This document shows positions 37,376 to 48,581 of a stretch of 64,000 bases of DNA, one piece after another. The first letter of the stretch is position 1, and every line of letters starts with the position of its first letter. Source of the DNA: Chrysemys picta bellii (taxonomy: Eukaryota); assembly GCF_011386835.1 (NCBI RefSeq), contig NC_088809.1, forward strand, positions 1,116,001-1,180,000, given 5' to 3'. Position numbers and translations under genes: made by a program. The notes beneath the pieces were generated by a model. That model saw only the letters and a program-made list of their open reading frames with translations, did no database searches and had not been told where the DNA came from.

Positions 37376-39500
37376 TGGAGACATTTCCATGTTGCATCCT
37401 TGATGTGACCAGCTAGAGATCCAGAGACTGACCTGGATGTTACATTGCACTGCTTTGCCTACATTTCTGAACTGAAAGGATTTAGAGGAACTCTTTGTGT
37501 TGTAGGTTCTCCTGTGTATCTCCATGAGCTACTGGAAGGCAGCGAGATTTATCTCCCTGAAGTGGAGAAACCTCCAAGGGTATGTAACAAGCATGGGATA
37601 AATGCTAGTTACAGCTATTGTTAGAACACTGTTTCCATCTCTTAGCTAGGGACATTACTAAAACGAGATGTTTTTCATGTGCCAAGAAATGTACAGAATA
37701 AATTAATGGCACCTCAGCTCTCATTGCAGTTTCTCTTGTTTATTAATTGTCTTTAGAACCCAGAGCTGGTGGCCCGTCTGGAGAAGATAAAGGCTAAGCT
37801 AGCCAATGAGGAATACAAGCGGATAACAAGAAACATCAACTGCCAGGTCTGAAGAAAGGCAGGGAAGATACAAGATCAGAATAAATCTGGACAGTCTGTT
37901 CTCCACCAATTATAAAAGTTTACCATACCCTATGGAACCACCATAAATGTTAAAGTAATAAGTACTCAGCACAGCTCTTTCGTGGCAATGCCCAGAGATG
38001 AATTTGGGGTCCCAGGCTCTTTGGTTTGGAAGCTCAGAGGCAAAAGCAACTCAGCTCTATGTGGAGAGCATCTGATATTCCTTTCCCATGACCCCGACTG
38101 GCCTATCCAAGAGTATCACTGTTGAGCTCCAGAGTCCCTCACCGGGAGTGAGGATTGGTGCAGCACAAGGCCTTTGAAGGGAGAAATAGAGAAGTGCTGG
38201 AAGCCTTCCACCTCAAACAGGGCTGCCAAATCTGTATTGTAAACAAGGGAACCGGAGCCATCAGGGTGCTACCCACAAGCCTGTTGATCAAATATAGTTC
38301 TAGTCTCAACGGGGCAGCAGTGCAGGATGCTCTACTGGAATTGTCTCCACTATGGAATTGACACCTAGGGTGGAATAAGGTTTTTATAACCCGGTTCTTC
38401 TCCTTCTCCTCTCAGGAACTGAACCGGTACGGGACTCTGGCTGACTTGGGAAGGCAAGGTGAGTTGTATCAACACAGGAGGAAGCAGGCAGTGTATGCCC
38501 AGCAGGCAGAAAGCCAATTGTGAAAATTAAATCAATTGCCATCTACTCATCCTCAAAGACAGAGCAGCCCCACCTCTCTCTGACTAGCAGGGTGTGTTTC
38601 ACTAGATGGGTTTAATTTGAAATAAGGGACGGTCCCTATTTATACATTAAATAACTTGGGATGATTATATGGATGTCAGAGTTTGAAGGATTTTGAAAAG
38701 CCTCAGGGTTGGGAGTTTGGATCAGAAGGGGAGACCATGGTGCCTAAAGAAGAGATGTCTGCCAGCTCTGACCTAGATAGCCTGACCAGTGAAATTTTGT
38801 TTCTAGCTTGCTTCTCTCTGGCTCATGCTGTCCCCCAGCTGCAGTTTGCGGGCCCAGCAATGCAGGCAGAGGTGAATGTTAGTGTTTTAAATCAAAATTG
38901 CTTCTTCAAAAGAGGCAAGTTTTTTCAAACGGTACAACACCTGTTTATTCTTGAGTGTTTTTCTATCTGAACACTGGGGAAGGGACTGGCAGATTCAGGC
39001 AGAGGTACGATAGCTTACCCCAAGCCCTTACGTTGCATGCTAATGACAAACCGCTTTTATCTGCAAAGGCTTTTGCTGACATCTCTCCTCCCTCCCTCCT
39101 GTCCCCAGTTAGGTCCATGAAAGCCGTGGTCATCACCATATTCAACTTCATTGTCACGGTGGTGGCTGCATTTGCCTGCACATACCTGGGCAGCCAGTAC
39201 ATCTTCACAGAAATGGCAGCGGTGAGTGTGAGCTGGGACAGCACAGTTTCCATGTTTGTTTTTTCCATCCTCAACCTCCTTTGGCGTGTTCAGAGCACAT
39301 TGGAAGGAACTGGCAGGAATGCCATCTCCACTGAGAACAGGAGGCTGATTGGAATGCTCCAGCAGCGTCACTTAAACCTCCCTTATTTCTTCTTGTCCCC
39401 GCAGCGTGTGCTGTCAGCTGTGATCGTGGCCTCAGTGGTGGGCTTGGCTGAACTGTACGTGATGGTGCGGACCATGGAAGGGGAGCTCGGAGGATTGTAG
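35624..39500 (+). CDS. TMEM199: TMEM199 / VMA12 V-ATPase assembly factor, complete, 6 exons, 201 aa
   Basis: Exons 35624-35813, 37506-37579, 37757-37846, 38416-38458, 39109-39221, 39405-39500; total 606 nt. Peptides [71 protein letters not shown]. Confidence 0.96.
36735..36830 (+). mobile_element. MIR/CORE-SINE fragment in TMEM199 intron 1
   Basis: AAATCACTTAAC...CTTAGTTTCCTCATCTGTAAAATGAGGATAAT core. Confidence 0.7.
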
Positions 39501-40399
39501 TCAGGAGGCTTTCACTTAGACTGTGATCCTTATGCTGGAGGTCTTTTCCTCCCCTGTGGGTTATTAATTTGTTCACAGGTATGTTTGGCTTTGGTCCATT
39601 GGGTCCCTGTGCCTACTGCAGTTTCCTCACACCATGTCCCTTATTCCTGCCACGTTTGAAATGAATCACCAGATGCACTGAACGGGGACCTTGTGGCATG
39701 GAACAGAAGAGTCAGCAGCATCGGGAGGTTTCAAATCCAAGAATGGTCCAGGGAGGAGTGGGGGGATCTTCTAGCTCTGAAGTTGCTGTCCCTTGTTCAA
39801 AATAAATGGGTTCTGTGTGCATTAGAATTACCTTCCTCCTGCCTGAAGGCAGAATCCTAGGGCGGAGATGCTGCATGTGAAATGCCTACACTGTGTACCT
39901 GGGCAGCCTGGGTGTGTCTCTGCCCTCTTTATCCCAACCCCTACTCCATTGCTTCTATAGAAGCCATTACACTTGGTTTCTTTAATGCTCTTCCATTCCT
40001 GCATGGTGCACTAGCCAGGCTGTTTTAGGGTAAAGCACAGTTTGTACAGGGCATGAGCCCTGCCTGCTCTTGACTGAAGCAGTGGGTGCCTCACCCAGGC
40101 CCTGTGCTCATGGCAGTGCATTTTCTCCCCCCTGCAGACAGCTGCTCCCCTGGAGAATGAGGGCACCTACTCCTACACTGTTCCTCCCATACTGGGACAT
40201 TTCCTAACTCAGAAGGTGTTGCAGCCAATACAGGGAATTCTTTATCTATTAAGATGAGGTCTAATAGAGAAACTGACTGCAGATCTAAAAATTAATGATA
40301 GCTTAGGTACAAGTGATTATGACTTATGTGCAGTGTGAATAAAGTCTAGACCAGTAATATAGATACATGTGCTACTTTAATAAGACCAGTTTCACAAAG

Positions 40400-41870
40400 C
40401 CAAAAACAATTGGGCCAAATGAGCTGGGAGGGATGACTTAAGCAGAAAAATGTAAAGGATAATTGGGAAACATTTAACAACACCTTACTAGATGCCCAAA
40501 AAGATGCAAGCAAGGAAGAAAGATGTATTGATTAAAAACTGACTTTGTTTAGAGGGGAAAGGAAGGCAGCTATAAAAAAAAAATGTGTAACAAATGAAAG
40601 AAAAGGGGGAGTGGATAGGGACAAGTCACAAGTTGGAAATTGTAGAAAACGTATAAGGGAAGCATATGGACATAAGGAGAAATCTATAGCCAGCAGAATT
40701 AAGAAGGAGTTTTAAAAATATATTAGGAACAAAAGCAATCATGATAATGGTATTGGTCCATTACTAGCTGGAAATGGTAGAATCATCACTCATCAGAAAA
40801 GGCAGAAGTGTTCAATAAATATTTCTGTTCTGTATTTAGGGAAAGACAGATGATATAGTCTCATTGTATGGTGATAACTCCAGTCCACTAGTTGGGCATT
40901 TTTAAATCAGCAGGTTCAGATAACTTGCAACCATGATTTTTAAAGAGCTGGGTGAGGAGCTTCCCAGGCCACTAATGTTGGTTATCAGTGAGTTCTGGGG
41001 AAGTTCCAGGAGATTGGAAACAAGCTAATATTGTGCCAATTTCTAAAAAAGGCAAACGGAATCACCTGGGTCATTATAGGCCTGTCAGCCCGACACTGAT
41101 CTTAGGGAAGATAATGGAGCCGGTGATACAAGAGTTGATTAATCAAGAATTAAAGGAAGGTAATGTAATTAATGCAAATCATCATGGGTTTACGGAAAAC
41201 AGATGCTGTCAAACTAACTAGTAATCTCATCAAAAAATATCTGGCTGATAAAGGTATTATGGACTTGGACTTTCAGAAAACCTTTGACAAGGTCCCTCAC
41301 CAAAGGCTCTTAAGCAAAGTAAGCTGTGCTGGGACAAGAGGGGATGTCCTCTTGTGGATCAGTAACTGGTTAAAAGAAAGGAAACAAAGAGTAGGAATAA
41401 ATGGTTAGTTTTCACACAGGAAAAAGGTAAATCATGGGGTCCCCCACGAATCTACACTGGGACCAGGGCTGGTCAGCATATTTATAAGTGATCTGGAAAA
41501 CTGGGTGAACAGTGAAGTGGAAACATTTGCAGATGACACTGAACTACTCAAGATAGTTAAGTCCAAAGCAGACTGTGAAGAGTTACAAAGGGATCTTAAT
41601 AAACTGGGTGGGGTTTAAATTACCTATTACCACTTAAGAAAGATCTTGGAATCATTATGGATGGTTCTCTGAATACATCTTGTCAATTTGCAGCTGCAGA
41701 CAAAAAAGCTAACAGTGTTAGAAACCATTAGGAAGGGAATAGATGATAAAACCAAATATCACAATGCCACTATATAAATCCATGGTACTCCCACACCTTA
41801 AATAATGCATGCAGTTCTGGTTGCCCCCTCTCAAGATATATTAATTGGCAAAGGGACAGAGCAGGGCAAC
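40400..41870 (+). mobile_element. Degraded CR1 LINE ORF2 fragment
   Basis: Broken peptides VPGDWKQANIVPISKKGKR...YRPVSPTLILGKIME; DLDFQKTFDKVPHQRLL; FADDT at ~41527. Confidence 0.85.
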
Positions 41871-41879
41871 AAGAATTCA

Positions 41880-42395
41880 CTATGGTGAGAAACCTACGTG
41901 GACAAAGATTGTAAATTGCTAACATTAAGTTTTAGTCACTAGAAAGCCTGTTTTACTTGTAATCAACCTGTGTCTTCTGTTCTTCTCTCTTAAACCTACC
42001 TTCTTCGTTAGTAACTTTGTCCTTGTGTTATTACCAAGCCATGCCAGTGCCGGCCATTGAAGTGATGTGTGGCTCTTCAGCTGAACCACCAGGCTGAAGT
42101 GCACTTTGTCTCTTTGGAGGCAGCAAACTTAACTTCTGTGGGGGTCCAGCAAGAGGGACCGGACACTGCAATGGAGACCGTTTGGGGGCAACTCCAGAAC
42201 ATGAAGGGCTGTTGGTGTCGTCCTGCAAGGAATGACCGGGCTGGTGGAAGCCAAGATGCGGCCACTGTGCTGTGAACACACTGCTGGTGCTAGGGCTCTG
42301 AGTCAAACCTGCACAGCACAGATGCACTCGGGATAACAGGGCAGGCAGAGACACAACCCCTCACTGGTCTGGGTGAACCCCAGAGCACATGGGGG
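41880..42395 (+). mobile_element. Probable Gypsy-type LTR fragment inserted within the CR1 region
   Basis: Composition and end (...ACAACCCCTCACTGGTCTGGGTGAACCCCAGAGCACAT) resemble turtle LTR 3' ends. CR1 sequence resumes afterwards. Not verified by search. Confidence 0.4.
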
Positions 42396-42595
42396 AGTGG
42401 TAAATAATGAAGAGGACAAATCACTGATTCAGAGTGATCGTGATCGCTTGGTAAACTGGGCGCAAGCAGACTGTGTGTTTTAATGAGGCTAAATGTACAC
42501 ATGGGAACAAAGACTGAGCCGCACTTACATCAAATTTGTTGATGGCCAGTTTATATCCATGTGTTCCTGTGTCCAAATTGGCACTTAACTTAGAT

Positions 42596-42888
42596 CAGGG
42601 GTTGGCAACCTTTCAGAAGTGGTTGGCCGTCTTCATTTATTTACTCTAATTTAAGGTTTCACGTGCCAGTAATACATTTAACGTTTTTAGAAGGTCTCTT
42701 TCTATAAGTCTATAATATATAACTAAACTATTGTTGTATGTAAAGTAAACAAGGTTTTTAAAATGATTAAAAAAATTCATTTAAAATTAAATTAAAATGC
42801 AGAGCCCCCTGGAGAGGTGGCCAGGACCAAGGCAGTGTGAGTGCCACTGAAAATCAGCTTGCGTGCCACCTTCGGTTGCCTACCCCTG
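42596..42888 (-). mobile_element. Second copy of the hAT MITE family, inverted relative to 24001-24311
   Basis: TIRs CAGGGGTTGGCAACC / GGTTGCCTACCCCTG. 8-bp TSD ACTTAGAT / ACTTGGAT (7/8). Interior is the reverse complement of the first copy, with divergence. Confidence 0.88.
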
Positions 42889-43239
42889 ACTTGGATAATG
42901 CCTCTCGCCTCCCCCTCCCTGGTATTTATCCCTCTGATGTACTTAGAGAGCAGTCAGATCTCCCCTCAGCCTTTGTTTGAGGGGACTAAACAAGCCAAGC
43001 TCCTTGAGTCTCCTCTCAAAGTAGGTTTTCCATTCCTCAGATCATCCTAGCAGGCCAGACTTGCCCACACTGTTCCAGATGAGGTCTCACCAGTGCCTTG
43101 TATAATGGCAATAACCCTTCACTGTCTCTACTGGGAATACCTCACCTGATAAATCCTAGGACGGCATTAGCCTTTTTCACAGCCGCATCACACTGATGGC
43201 TCAGTCATCCTGTGATCAACCAACACTCGCAGGCCTTGC

Positions 43240-44104
43240 ACCTCCTCCAGGGGCCCTGGGGGAGTCTCCATCACTGACGATCTTTAACTCAGACTTGGTG
43301 TTTTTCTAACAGCTCCACTCTGGGAATTATTTGGGCAGTTCTCTGGCCTGTGCTATCCAGGGGGTCAGCTTTCATGATCACAATGGCCCCCTCTGGCCTT
43401 AGAGTATCTGAGCTCCCCCAGCTCTGGGGACTGTTCAGCCCCACTTCCTGGCAGTGGAGGGGGGTAATGCAGCATGCGCCACAGGGACAGAGACTAGCCT
43501 CTCCCTTGCTTTGTCATTCCATTCCACCATGTGTGGGGAGCAAACTGAACAACCTCAACCCCTGTAACCAGGAACCATCAACGGCGAAAGGGCAAGCCCG
43601 TGGGTGTCTGCTGTGCCCAGCAATAGCAACAAATGCTGTCATTGTAAACATTGGCTCTGGGATGATGTTACCACTCCTTGGGCAGCTCTTTGCATCTCTC
43701 CAACTGGGAGTGTGGGTGCTCCTGCTGCTTGGATCCTCACCCAGTCCAGTCGATACAAAGGAGCGCTGCTTGTATAAAATAAAAGGCGTGTGTGACCTAT
43801 TTCCGTAACCTCCCAAGCCAGAGGCAGAGTGACTGCAGCAGGGTGTTGGATCTCATAGGAGTCTGACTCCCTCTTACACTGGTCTAGGTACGATTCACCC
43901 AGCTTCTCACTCCCTCTTTGCCTAAGTCCACCGTAAGTAGAACCTGGCTTCAGGATGAGACGTCCTGCTTCCATCGGTCCCACCGCAGAGGTGCACTTAC
44001 CTTGTTAGCATCAGATTCAGCTGGTGCCTCAGTTTCTCCATTGGTTGGGTGGTTTAGCTCTTCTGCTGGACCCGAATCGCCCCCTCCCAGGGTAATCCGT
44101 GACA
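43240..44104. mobile_element. Possible old solo LTR
   Basis: Ends in ...GGTAATCCGTGACA. No ORF. Left boundary and TSD not established. Confidence 0.3.
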
Positions 44105-46851
44105 ATCCACAAGGAGGGAAAACAAACTCCCTGAGCTACAGCTCCTTCTCAGGGGCTGGACGAACCATCCCAGTAATTCACCACTCTCTGTGCTCCAGAA
44201 TGGCCCTTGCCCAGCCCTGTCCAGACACCTTGAGCCCTTCCCCTTGGAGAGAGACGAGGTGAGCGGAGCCTAACCTGCCCTGGTCACCACCTTGGCAGAG
44301 AACAGAACAGCAAACCTACCCCTACCCCTGACCTGTCCCAGGCTGAGGAAAATGGGCCTTCTTATACCCAGCATGCTTTGTTAGCAGCTTACAGGTCCCA
44401 TGTTCACTGGACGGCAAGTCCCAGAATCCCTTGGTGTTTGGCAAAGAACAAGTCACAGGAGCAAGATGAACTCTGACCCTTCTAACCCCGCTTTCCCCTG
44501 CCACAGCCACTGTTGCATGTGGGGACTGGGCTTCCGTTTCAGGTGAATCTTTGGGGGTTTACTGCTCTGCCTTTAAAAAATCACCTAGAATTGTAAGTGC
44601 AGCTCTGCAGGCAGTTCCCTCCCTCACACGGTGACGTCCCAGCCCCACATGTTTGAAAGTCACCATGACTGGACAGTGGCATCAGTGGTGTGACTTTGTG
44701 GGAAGGAATGCAGGTGCCAGGTGCCAAGTGAGTCCATTCCTGGGAGCTGGTTCCTGTGTCAGAGGATGTGATGGGCTTTGAGAGATTTTAAATTACAAAT
44801 TAAGCTTTTGAAAGATGACTTGCCAGGCAGCTGGGACGTGAAACCCACATAAGATTCCAACTCAGTGCAAACACAGCGCCAGAGATGCTCAGCGTAGACA
44901 AGAATACCTGGAAATCACTTCCTCATTCTCTTAGGGCACAGGGTCATTCCCATCAACTTCAACAGTGCAGGACCTAGCCCAGTGCTGACAAGCTGTGAGT
45001 CCAGGGTTCTGTGTCCCCCCAGCACCACAAACATCTTGAGCCCAGTAAGAAATACAGCTCCCTGCTTTGCACCAGAGACCAGTGATGCCACCCACTGCTG
45101 CGGGAGAGACACAACTACTGTTGTCTGGCAGAGCGGCTGCAATATTGGATGTTCCGCATAAGGGCCCCAGCTCCTGGAATCCAGTGATTAGGGAGAATCT
45201 CGGCTTTCATTTAAAACAAAGCTAAGTGGAGTGTCTAGTCCTCATGGGTGCAAAGCTTGAAAATGTGACCCAAGTGCACCCCAAAGACTCAGAAACCTGA
45301 CAGCAAAGACACCCCTCCCACCTCCCTTATTTTGATAACTGTCAGGAATTTGTGACTTTGGGGGCCTGATTCATGGCTTTAAAATACTTGTCTTTGGGGA
45401 TTAGCAATTCAACTGTCACATGGGCCCAGCCCTCCAAACCTATTGGGGGGGGGGGGGCAGCTGGCTGTGCCACATTCCCCTCTGCATCGCCTTTCTAACC
45501 GGGCCCGCAGCCTCCCTCTGGGGGATGGGTTTGGGGGAGATAATTTTCAGGCCTGGACCCAGCTGCTGAAAACCTGTGCCAGAATCCCAGCCACCGAGCA
45601 GCCCAGCAGCCATGGGGAGGGCTGGCAGAAACAGCTGCCCCTGTGCCCAGGGACCAGACACAGCAGGGCCCTGCAGCTATCGCGGGCAGCAAAGATACAG
45701 GGGGTCAGAGAGATTCCCATGCTCCCCTCTGCAAAGAGAAGGGGGCTCCCGGGAACAAGTTCTACTGCTGCCAGGGCTACAGCGGTGGGGGCTGGAAGGG
45801 AACCCTGCCCTGCAGGCCGCTCCACACAGCAGGCTGGATGTACTGCTGAGCGGGGGAACCAGCACCTGCCGCACTGGGGCAGGCCTGAGCCTTGACACCG
45901 TCTCCCCAGAGCTGGGAGCCCCCCCCCCCCCCTCCGCTGCAGCTCCCGGTGGCCCAGCTTGGCCAGGGAGGGACTAGCAGCGGGCAGTGGGCCAGGAGCT
46001 AACAATGTTGATTAATGTTCTGATGGCTGCTAAGCTCCTTCTAAAAACACGCTTTAATATTTCTGATATGTGCAAATCTATTTTGTAACCTGGAAATGTT
46101 ACATAGCGCCGGGATTAGGTCATGTAGATAAAGTCCGTGGCGGGGCCGGCCACAATCATTTGCAAATACAGCCTGAGATTAAGGTATTGTTTGGAAAGAT
46201 TAGTTGGTATTACCGCTGATTGTGATATGCAGGACGGGGCGGCAGCCCCGCGCTGCCAGCCCGCGGCACAGACCTGCATTTAGGATATTGGATGGTATTG
46301 CAAAGATCTTAAGGAGTCACTGCAATAATACTTCCCCTCTAATGAAAATTACAGCGCTAAGCTGGGGAGGGGGCGCGGCCCCACAGTTAGGATTGGGATG
46401 GAATTGCTTTGCAGCGCGCACCCAAGAAAGGCAAGATGCAGAGGTCACCCCGCTGCACGCCCTGCGAGCAGAGCCTCCCTCCAGATTAATTCAGACAGGT
46501 ACCACTGCAGGGGCTCAGACACTTAGTCCTCCGTGTCCTGTGGCAGCCCAGAGCCCCCCGCGCCCAGCTGCCCTGCAGGCTAGTGGTTAGATGGAGTGGG
46601 GGTTGGGAGCCCGGCGGAGGGGAGCTGACACAGATAAGGGCTGTTTCCAGTTGGCAGCCTGGCCCCGTTAGCCGGGTTTGCCCCCATGTCCATGGGCAGC
46701 AGTTTCCAGCTGGCACCGCAGGTCCGGATGTCTTGCCCAGCACAGAGCCCAGCAGTGCCTGGGGCCAGCTGCTCCAGGGGAGCTCTAGGCGCCAGGCCTG
46801 ACGGCTGCCCCCCAGCAACAACTGCGGCCCCCGCCTTGGCCGGGGCCAGGC

Positions 46852-47850
46852 CTAGGGCTCGCCCAGGTTGGTGATGATGGCCGCGTTATAGATGAGGTCG
46901 GAGATGTACCCGAGGGAGGTCTGCGCAGGGAACACATCCCAATAGGAGAGCCCCTCACCGGCCGTGGGGTCCGCTCCCTGCGGCCCCGCCTGGCCGGGGG
47001 CAGCCACAGGCCACTGGGCTCCCGCCTGGCTGCAGGGGGGCTGGCAGCTGTCCTCCCGCAGGAGCTGCCCCTGGAAGGCAGAGACCAGGCCCGGCAGCGC
47101 TTGGCCCAGGCACTGCTGCGGGGAGCTGCCGGGCAGGCGGAGCTCGGGCACCTGTTGGCTTCTGGCCCCTTGTCCCTGGGGCGGTGGGGGGCAGGAGGGG
47201 GGCGGTTTACTGGCCAGAGCCCTCCGGCAGCTCGGCTGCTCCAGCTTCCCGCTCTTGATCCTCCGGGCGCGGCGGTTCTGGAACCAGACCTGGGGAGAGA
47301 AGGGCCGTGAGGGACTCCCCTGCCCCGGCCGCAGACCCCCGCTGGCGCCCCCCGACGTCCCGGCCCGCGGGATACGACGGGGCACCAAGGGCTCCCCCGC
47401 CCCGCGGCCAGCCCGCCCCGCCCCGCCCCGCCTCACCTGGATCTTGGCCTCGGGCAGGTGGGTGAGCTCGGCCAGGCGCTCGCGGGTGCCGATGTCGGGG
47501 TAGGGCAGCGCGGCGAACACCCGCTCCAGCTCGCACAGCTGCCCCCGGCTGAACGTGGTTCGCTTCCTCCTCCTGGGCCCCGCCGGGCAGCCCCCCGCGC
47601 CCCGCTCCGGCTTCGGGCGGCTCCCTGCGGGCAGGGGAGACGGGCAGAGCTCAGCCCCCAGCCCTGGCCCCCGCGAGCCTCCCCCGGCCCCAGGCTGCCC
47701 CGTCCCCGGTGCTCTCTGCTCTGGACACCGACCTGCTTGGGGCTCGGGCCGGCGGGCCAGGGGGGCGCCCCGGGCGGGCGGCGGGCAGCGGCCGGAGTCT
47801 CCGTCGGGGAAGAAAAGGCGCGGGCCGGGTGCGGGGCAGGCCCGGCTCAT
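46852..47850 (-). CDS. SEBOX: SEBOX paired-class (Q50) homeobox protein, 3 exons, 247 aa
   Basis: Exons 47850-47733, 47624-47437, 47289-46852. Homeodomain [45 protein letters not shown]|[17 protein letters not shown]-type C-terminus [26 protein letters not shown]-like GATAAAAG at 47927-47934 (-). Lies next to TMEM199, as in mammals. The exon 1 boundary is less certain. Confidence 0.92.
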   Translation of the reverse strand: MSRACPAPGPRLFFPDGDSGRCPPPARGAPLARRPEPQAGRCPEQRAPGTGQPGAGGGSRGPGLGAELCPSPLPAGSRPKPERGAGGCPAGPRRRKRTTFSRGQLCELERVFAALPYPDIGTRERLAELTHLPEAKIQVRRGGAGRAGRGAGEPLVPRRIPRAGTSGGASGGLRPGQGSPSRPFSPQVWFQNRRARRIKSGKLEQPSCRRALASKPPPSCPPPPQGQGARSQQVPELRLPGSSPQQCLGQALPGLVSAFQGQLLREDSCQPPCSQAGAQWPVAAPGQAGPQGADPTAGEGLSYWDVFPAQTSLGYISDLIYNAAIITNLGEP

Positions 47851-48099
47851 TCTCTTGCCGGGGTCCCTGCGCCCAGTCCAGTCCCGCGGCTGCGGCTCAG
47901 CGCGGCCGCCCGGCGCCTCCCGGGGCCTTTTATCCCCCGCTCCGCTCCCCCGCCCCGGCCAGCAGCTCCCAGGGGTCTGGGACCGCCCAGGGCGGGCGCG
48001 AGCCGGCTTTGATCCCGCGGCGTCTGACAGCTGCGGGCTGCCTCTCCCCCCCCGCCGCGCCCGTCGGGGGATCCCAGCCCGGCCCATCCCAGCCCCATC

Positions 48100-48581
48100 C
48101 CTACCCAGCCCCGCTAACCCATCCCAGCGCCCCATTCACATCCGAGCCCCGCTAACCCATCCCAGCCCCATTCCCATCCGAGCCCCGCTAACCCATCCCA
48201 GCCCCATTCCCATCCGAGCCCCGCTAACCCATCCCAGCGCCCCATTCCCATCCGAGCCCCGCTAACCCATCCCAGCCCCATTCCCATCCGAGCCCCGCTA
48301 ACCCATCCCAGCCCCATTCCCATCCGAGCCCCGCTAACCCATCCCAGCGCCCCATTCCCATCCGAGCCCCGCTAACCCATCCCAGCCCCATTCCCATCCT
48401 AGCCCCGCTAACCCATCCCAGTGCCCCATTCCCATCCGAGCCCCGCTAACCCATCCCAGCCCCATTCCCATCCGAGCCCCGCTAACCCATCCCAGTGCCC
48501 CATTCCCATCCGAGCTCCGCTAACCCATCCCAGCCCCATTCCCATCCGAGCCCCGCTAACCCATCCCAGTGCCCCATTCCC
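48100..48581. repeat. 36/38-bp minisatellite, 13 copies, directly upstream of SEBOX
   Basis: Unit CGCTAACCCATCCCAGCCCCATTCCCATCCGAGCCC. GCTAACCC recurs at 48113, 48151, 48187, 48223, 48261, 48297, 48333, 48371, 48407, 48445, 48481, 48519, 48555. Confidence 0.95.

Noticed and set aside
47851-48135. Upstream extension of the 427-aa SEBOX ORF
   Set aside because: Its ATG lies in the minisatellite, upstream of the TATA-like element. The ATG at 47850 fits the promoter and the splice phases.
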